DNA of 32,000 nucleotides from Candidatus Micrarchaeum sp. (GTDB lineage Archaea; Micrarchaeota; Micrarchaeia; Micrarchaeales; Micrarchaeaceae): NCBI RefSeq assembly GCF_016806735.1, contig NZ_CP060530.1, positions 480,001 to 512,000 of the forward strand, read 5' to 3'. Shown piece by piece: positions 26,724 to 32,000 of this stretch (position 1 is its first letter; each line of letters starts with the position of its first letter). The notes under the pieces were generated by a model. It saw only the letters and a program-made list of their open reading frames with translations, ran no database searches and was not told where the DNA came from. The position numbers and the translations under genes were made by a program.

Positions 26724-27653
26724 ATGGAAGCAGAGAAAGAAAGATCGGCAGAAAAGCCAGGAACCGGCACAGCTGTTTCTGAAAACAAAAATAAGGGCAC
26801 GGGTGCCGAAACCACGGAAAAAAGCATAGAAAAAGCAGTAAAATATATTGGCAAGGCAATAAGCTACAGGCAGAATTTCGTTCTGGCAAGGCTGATAGAT
26901 GCGGACGCATCGGTAAAGATGGCACTGGAAGTTTTCAGGCCAGAAGATACGATTGGGATGATCCCGAATGGGGCTACAGGGCCGCTGATCGATGTGCTAA
27001 AGAATGCAACGTCAAACATAGAAAATATATATTCAACGGTGGCTTCAGAAGCGCTCAAGCAGTACGGTGATTCGCTTGAGCTTTCGCAGAAGGGCTTTCT
27101 TCTTTCGGAGAATTCGATGGTAATTGCTGGACAAGCGGAGAAAATCATAAAATTCAGGAAGAACCAGAAGAAGAATGTAAGGAAGCCAAAAAGGCTTGCC
27201 AGGCTGGACGGGCAGATGACTCCTTCAGAATATTCAAAGTCGGCCCTGACGAAAGTGCAGAGGAACGAGGCAGCAAGAAGCGTAAAAAAGAAGCTTGACG
27301 AAGAACAGAAAAAACTTCGCTCCGAGATAACATCAACAGAAAAAGCGATAAAGAAATTCGGGTCTAGTGATGAAATGGCCGAATTCGAAAGCATCAGATC
27401 CTTGCTCGAAGACAGGGAATTCCTTTACCGCACAACAAGCATCACCATAGCGCAGGCCGGAATCGCTTCGAGAGTGCTCAACCAGGAGAACATGGATAAG
27501 CTAGGCAATGTGCTCTCGGTTTACGAGAGCGTGGCAGCCAAGGCAATGGAAAACGAGGCATTCGTTCACAGCGGCTCTAAGGAAATGCAGCAGCTGATAA
27601 GGGGATATGGAGAAAACCTGGAAAAGCTTAAGCTTATGCTAAGGGGGCAATAA
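26724..27653 (+). CDS. Hypothetical protein that looks helical/coiled-coil by composition, with a K/E/G-rich N-terminus
   Basis: The track start at 26703 is TTG. The ATG at 26724 is preceded by gGGTGAataaaATG. I recognise no family. Confidence 0.5.
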   Translation: MEAEKERSAEKPGTGTAVSENKNKGTGAETTEKSIEKAVKYIGKAISYRQNFVLARLIDADASVKMALEVFRPEDTIGMIPNGATGPLIDVLKNATSNIENIYSTVASEALKQYGDSLELSQKGFLLSENSMVIAGQAEKIIKFRKNQKKNVRKPKRLARLDGQMTPSEYSKSALTKVQRNEAARSVKKKLDEEQKKLRSEITSTEKAIKKFGSSDEMAEFESIRSLLEDREFLYRTTSITIAQAGIASRVLNQENMDKLGNVLSVYESVAAKAMENEAFVHSGSKEMQQLIRGYGENLEKLKLMLRGQ

Positions 27654-27686
27654 GCCCTAAGTAAGCCAAAGCAAACTAACAGCCGC

Positions 27687-28418
27687 TCATTCTGGCGGCC
27701 TCCATTCCTCCGAGGCTTTCCTGTATCTTTCCATGGTATCTATCGGGTACCATATCCTGTCGGAGACATAAGCGCAAAGCCTTCCTGTGTCAGAAATTTT
27801 TGCAAAAAAGTCCCTTTCCATGGAAAACGCCTCGGCATTCGGCAGCATGTGCATGGCGCCTGAATTAAATATGTATATTCCAAGGTTTATCAGGTTGCTC
27901 TCAGCGTCCTTGGGGTCCGGCTTCTCGACGAACTTCCTTATTATCCCATCATCTACGCTTATGACTCCATAGCCGGTCACGTCATCCACTGCCTTAACCG
28001 CAAGCGTTGCTATGGCATTCCTGGAACGATGAAGATCGTGCATATTCTTCAAATCTATTTCGAATATATTATCTCCATTTACAACGAGGACGTCCTCGCC
28101 GGTTTCCGGCAGCGTTTTTTCCTCCAGGGCTTTCTTTATTGCTCCGCCAGTGCCTAGCAATTTTTCCTCGATGCTATAATCTATATGCATGCCGATTTCA
28201 GATCCGTCGCCAAAATGATCCATGAACATTTCCTTCTTGTAGCCAATGGCCATGGTTATCTTTTCTATTCCATTGCGCTTTAGTTCCCTGACAACATTGT
28301 CTATTACCGGAATGCCGTTTACCTTTACGAGAGGCTTTGGAGTATCGTAGGTCAGGGGCCTAAGCCGCGTTCCTTCTCCTCCACATATGACTACCGCTTT
28401 TTTAACATGCTGGCTCAT
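27687..28418 (-). CDS. Sugar-1-phosphate nucleotidyltransferase (NTP_transferase family)
   Basis: AVVICGGEGTRLRPLTYDTPKPLV is the GxGTRLxPLT signature. 243 aa with an ATG start. Confidence 0.85.
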   Translation of the reverse strand: MSQHVKKAVVICGGEGTRLRPLTYDTPKPLVKVNGIPVIDNVVRELKRNGIEKITMAIGYKKEMFMDHFGDGSEIGMHIDYSIEEKLLGTGGAIKKALEEKTLPETGEDVLVVNGDNIFEIDLKNMHDLHRSRNAIATLAVKAVDDVTGYGVISVDDGIIRKFVEKPDPKDAESNLINLGIYIFNSGAMHMLPNAEAFSMERDFFAKISDTGRLCAYVSDRIWYPIDTMERYRKASEEWRPPE

Positions 28419-28430
28419 CGAAGCACCAAT

Positions 28431-29036
28431 TTACATCTCTGCAAGGCCGTCCAGGTATCCCTTGCCAATAGAGTATGACCCGAGAGCCAAAAGCCTGGCT
28501 TTTTCTCCTTTCATCTCAACTACTGTTACCGAGCCGTTGCCTACCTTTATCCCCTTCCCGGTAAACTCGTCGAATCCAAGTATCCTGCATGCAAGCATCG
28601 ATATCGGGCTCTCATGCGTAGCTATGATCGCGTTGCCATCGCCTTCAAGTTCCTCGAGGAAAGAATATACTCTATCAGATATGCTGTCGAAGCTTTCCAC
28701 ACCCATGGAATATTCCCTCTTTCTCAGCATTGGTATTATCCAATTGCCCTTATCAGCAGGTTTTCCTTCCATAGATCCCATTCCTCTCTCCCGCAGCCTT
28801 TCATCGATTTTGATGTCAAGCTTCCGTTCGCCTATTAATATCTCTGCCGTCTGCCTCGCCCTCAGTACTGGGCTGGAATAAGCCTGGGAAAATTCTATGC
28901 CTTTGAGTTGCCTTGCCGTTTCGGCTATCTGCTCCCTGCCTTGATCTGTGAGAGGGTAGCCTTCATATTTTGACGACAATAATTCGTTCCTGTTGGTTTC
29001 TGCCTCGCCATGCCTAACGAAATATGCGATTACCAT
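28431..29036 (-). CDS. Histidine phosphatase superfamily protein (phosphoglycerate mutase/CobC-like)
   Basis: VIAYFVRHGEAETN carries the RHG motif. A later IIATHESPI provides the second catalytic His. Confidence 0.8.
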   Translation of the reverse strand: MVIAYFVRHGEAETNRNELLSSKYEGYPLTDQGREQIAETARQLKGIEFSQAYSSPVLRARQTAEILIGERKLDIKIDERLRERGMGSMEGKPADKGNWIIPMLRKREYSMGVESFDSISDRVYSFLEELEGDGNAIIATHESPISMLACRILGFDEFTGKGIKVGNGSVTVVEMKGEKARLLALGSYSIGKGYLDGLAEM

Positions 29037-29044
29037 GCGTGCAC

Positions 29045-29662
29045 CTATTTTTTATTTTCTTTATCGTCATCCTTCTGCCCGAAAAACATAAGCTTGTTGA
29101 CGAAGTTCAATCCCTTCCAGTACCTCTCTTCCTTGTTGTAATCTCCCCTCATGTTGTAGCCTCTCTTTTCCCAGAATCCTGGCTTGTCCTCATCCATTAC
29201 CTCTATTCCATCAAGCCATTTGGTGCTTTTCCAGAAATAAAGAGCGGGTATGAATGCCCTTACTGGCCCTCCGTGCTCCTTTTCCAACGGCTTTCCGTTG
29301 AACCTGAAAGCCACCATGCTATCGTCGTTCACATATTCCATGGGCACGTTGGCCGAATAGCTGACATACGAGCTTCTTAGCATAAGGAATTGTCCATTGG
29401 GTTTCGCCATGCCGAGAAGGTATTTCAGGCTTATGCCTTCCCATGTGTCTCCGAGCCTGGACCATCTCGTAACGCAGTGTATGTCCACTACCTTTTTGGA
29501 CATTGGCATGGCCATCAGCTGCTCCCAGGAAAAGGAGAGCTCGTTGCCAACGCTGCCATAAATCCTGAGCCTATAATCGGAAAGGTCTATATCTGGAGTG
29601 CGGCTTGCGCTTAGGACCGGAAATGCCTTGGTGACTATCTGGCCGTGGGGAACTCTAGCCAT
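29045..29662 (-). CDS. Molybdopterin-binding oxidoreductase domain protein (sulfite-oxidase/MsrP-like)
   Basis: DIHCVTRWSRLGDTWEGISL and GGPVRAFIPALYFWKSTKWL are typical of the Oxidored_molyb domain. The track start at 29671 is TTG. The ATG at 29662 gives MARVPHG... Confidence 0.75.
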   Translation of the reverse strand: MARVPHGQIVTKAFPVLSASRTPDIDLSDYRLRIYGSVGNELSFSWEQLMAMPMSKKVVDIHCVTRWSRLGDTWEGISLKYLLGMAKPNGQFLMLRSSYVSYSANVPMEYVNDDSMVAFRFNGKPLEKEHGGPVRAFIPALYFWKSTKWLDGIEVMDEDKPGFWEKRGYNMRGDYNKEERYWKGLNFVNKLMFFGQKDDDKENKK

Positions 29663-29701
29663 AATTACCAATCGTTTTTTGTAGGGAAAGTATAAAAATA
29701 G

Positions 29702-30832
29702 TCATTTGTTCTTGGGCTTCAGGAGTATTTTGTACAAAGCTCCGCTTATGAGCTGCAGCACTCCTCCTACTTCCAGTGGCAGCGGCAGCGCGTAATCGAG
29801 AAGGTATCCGCTGGCTCCGGAGCTCAGCTGCGAGACCCTGGTGGCAATGCCCTGAAGGCTGGTGGCTGTACCGTAGTCCTCGTTGCCTATGCCTTTCACA
29901 GTCACCGTGGATCTATTCGGGCTTCCGGAACCGGCTACAAAAGCTCTTATTACGTATATGGCTCCTGCTATGGGAAATGCGGGCGACAGAGCAAGAGCCA
30001 CGAGAAGTATTCCGTTGAGCGACCTGGTGCCTGCGGCCATGTTCAATACGCTGGTCTTTCCTGCAAGCCTCGATGCGTAATACGCTCCGAGGGCAGTAGC
30101 CACATACGAAATTCCGAATACTATGCTTATTTCTATATTTGTTGCCTTGAATACCTGGTTGAACCACAGCGGCAGAAGGGGTATCGCTATCCCGACTCCG
30201 GCTCCGCCAACGACATTAGCCGCTATAATTCTCATTATATACTTCATGCTTTCGTTCTTCATGATGCGCGTTGACTTTTTGGGCCTTGCGGGCTCGGTGA
30301 GCAGCATCACGAAAACAAGCGAGCCGAGCATCATGAACGCAGCTACAAGGAAGAGGTACCTGTACGCATGGAGCGCTCCGGTGTAAACGCTTACCAGTCC
30401 AACCATTCCAAACATCGCGCTTCCCACTATGGAGAATACTGCAGCAATGATATTTATGGAAGAAAACTTCTTGACGCGCTCCTTTTCCTCTCCGTATATG
30501 CTAGCTATATAGGCGCTTGACCCTGGGGAAAAAGCTCCCCTCATGCCTCCGGAGCCAGTGCTTATTCCTGCAATTATCATCCCGAGCATTATCATGAGCA
30601 CGCTTGAGCTTGCTGCTATAAGGAAAGCTCCGGCCATTGTGAAGAACTCCGATATGATGAGCTCATACCTGTAGCCCCTCCTGTCCCCAAGCATTCCAAG
30701 CCCAAGCGTCAGGAACAGGGCAAAAAGCATAGTCAGGGCCGCCACTATTCCTATGTCTATTATGCTTACCTTAAGCGCATGCAGGTATAAAGAAAAAGAC
30801 AGCGTCATGTATATGAGCGCGGCGCTCCTCAA
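29702..30832 (-). CDS. MFS transporter
   Basis: GLGMLGDRRGYRY is MFS motif A and there are about 11-12 TM spans. The start is uncertain. The track start is TTG, and the frame stays open 20 codons further upstream with MFS-like sequence (see the finding at 30833-30974). Confidence 0.75.
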   Translation of the reverse strand: MRSAALIYMTLSFSLYLHALKVSIIDIGIVAALTMLFALFLTLGLGMLGDRRGYRYELIISEFFTMAGAFLIAASSSVLMIMLGMIIAGISTGSGGMRGAFSPGSSAYIASIYGEEKERVKKFSSINIIAAVFSIVGSAMFGMVGLVSVYTGALHAYRYLFLVAAFMMLGSLVFVMLLTEPARPKKSTRIMKNESMKYIMRIIAANVVGGAGVGIAIPLLPLWFNQVFKATNIEISIVFGISYVATALGAYYASRLAGKTSVLNMAAGTRSLNGILLVALALSPAFPIAGAIYVIRAFVAGSGSPNRSTVTVKGIGNEDYGTATSLQGIATRVSQLSSGASGYLLDYALPLPLEVGGVLQLISGALYKILLKPKNK

Positions 30833-30974
30833 TGCCCTCGAATAAAGCAGGAACCTGAAGCTCCTGGCCTTTAATTTTTCTATACTATCCGTTTAGGCAC
30901 CCGTGCAAAATATAATGGACATTATACTATATTCCTTCAGCACTGCGATATTTAATCCTGTGCAAGCTGCCGCA

Positions 30975-32000
30975 CTATTTCTTGCTGATATGTTTCTTCT
31001 CTGTGGCATTATGGCTTTCATCAGAAAGTTTTCCGGATCTATCCTCTTTTCCGCGCACGAAGGAGAAAATCCCTGCTATTATTAGCATTGCCATAAGGGC
31101 CACGAATGCTACGTGCATCCCGGCTACGAAGCCCTTGCCTATGCCTCCTATGACTTTCGAGGTTCCAGCGAATATCTCGAAAGCCAGATACCTAGGGACT
31201 GCAGATGCCGCAGCAACGAATGCGATTATGAAGCTGCCTATTAAGCCCAAGCTGCTGAAAAGCCTCAGCGTGCCTGATGCTGCGCCTCTGAGCTCTCCAG
31301 TCACGTTGGCCATGACTGCGCTGTTGTTTGAGGGCCAGAACATCGCGCCCCCAAATCCGGTTATTATGGTTCCTACGACCACGTAATATATTGGGGTCGA
31401 AACGCCAAGGAACGAAAGATAAAACAAAACTCCGCCAACCATAAATAAGATTCCAATTGTAGCAATAAGCCTAGCCCCGAATTTGTCCGAGTATTTTCCC
31501 ATATAGGGAGCAAGCACTCCGCTTACCACGTAACCCGGGAACAGGACAAGCGACGCGTCAAGCGGCGAATAGCCGCGCACTCCCTGAAGATACATTATGA
31601 GAAGGAACGTTACGCCCATGAATCCGAGCCCCTGGAAAAGCGACGCCATCAGCGAATTCCTGAATATCTTGTTCTTGAACATTGTGAAGTTTATCGTTGG
31701 CATCTTCACTTTCTTATCTATGATTACGAAGATTATTGCCGCAATGACTCCAAGGATGAAAAGCGCGACATTGAGCGAGCTTACGCCTATGGAAGCGTAG
31801 TTTATGCCTGCATAAGCTATTAGCGCTATTGCGACTGCCAGTGCCGCCATTCCGGGTATGTCGAGTTTGTCGCTGCTTTTGTTGCTGTCCTTTACATAGC
31901 GAAGGCCCAATATTACTGCCACAATGCCTATTGGCACGTTTATGAAGAATATGTACCTGTAGCCTATGTACGTCGTTATTATCCCGCCAAGCAGTATGCC
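30975..32000 (-). CDS. MFS transporter (DHA-type drug/H+ antiporter-like). The N-terminus lies beyond the window end
   Basis: PYMGKYSDKFGARL is motif A and there are many TM spans. The reading frame continues open past the track's first Met at 31937 to position 32000. Confidence 0.75.
   Translation of the reverse strand, partial: GILLGGIITTYIGYRYIFFINVPIGIVAVILGLRYVKDSNKSSDKLDIPGMAALAVAIALIAYAGINYASIGVSSLNVALFILGVIAAIIFVIIDKKVKMPTINFTMFKNKIFRNSLMASLFQGLGFMGVTFLLIMYLQGVRGYSPLDASLVLFPGYVVSGVLAPYMGKYSDKFGARLIATIGILFMVGGVLFYLSFLGVSTPIYYVVVGTIITGFGGAMFWPSNNSAVMANVTGELRGAASGTLRLFSSLGLIGSFIIAFVAAASAVPRYLAFEIFAGTSKVIGGIGKGFVAGMHVAFVALMAMLIIAGIFSFVRGKEDRSGKLSDESHNATEKKHISKK

Noticed and set aside
1-32000. 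A search for CRISPR arrays, tandem repeats, IS elements, integrases, rRNA and tRNA genes.
   Set aside because: I saw no regularly spaced direct repeats, no transposase- or integrase-like ORF and no rRNA- or tRNA-like sequence. A by-eye scan cannot exclude short or degenerate elements.

Overview
The window looks archaeal. Evidence: A/T-rich TATA-like boxes about 25-30 nt upstream of several ATGs, GGTG-type Shine-Dalgarno motifs, and a glucose dehydrogenase/GH15 gene pair as seen in Thermoplasmata-like acidophiles. The lineage cannot be proven from sequence alone. I support about 34 protein genes. I found no rRNA, tRNA, CRISPR array, integrase or transposase.

There are two compositional compartments.

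(1) About 1-10.2 kb is a surface-glycan biosynthesis cluster. It contains an epimerase, two GT4 genes, two tandem GT2 genes, a frameshifted GT2-like gene, two methyltransferases, a 750-aa GT-C-like membrane protein and a small membrane protein. Its core (about 1.93-10.2 kb) is very A+T rich. My hand counts on sampled 60-nt lines give 18-32% G+C there. The left edge of this core lies inside the GT-C-like gene.

(2) About 10.3-32 kb has higher G+C (sampled lines mostly 42-62%) and carries housekeeping or accessory genes:
- a SAM methyltransferase, KsgA and a NUDIX hydrolase;
- an intact paralog of the frameshifted GT2-like gene;
- a nucleoside phosphorylase, a DMT-type membrane protein, a 5'-nucleotidase, a dTMP-kinase-like protein and a DEDD exonuclease;
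- a cyclase, then glucose dehydrogenase and GH15;
- a two-gene cassette of unknowns;
- a HisC-family aminotransferase, a sugar-phosphate nucleotidyltransferase, a histidine phosphatase and a Moco oxidoreductase;
- two MFS transporters.

The most interesting candidate is the orphan cassette at 22767-24768. By eye, its downstream protein carries an ordered set of motifs resembling the ricin/Shiga ribosome-inactivating protein (rRNA N-glycosylase) fold. It sits next to an all-helical unknown partner. This is unverified remote similarity.

Many first 'M' residues in the ORF track are TTG or GTG codons. Where an in-frame ATG follows closely, I report the ATG start.
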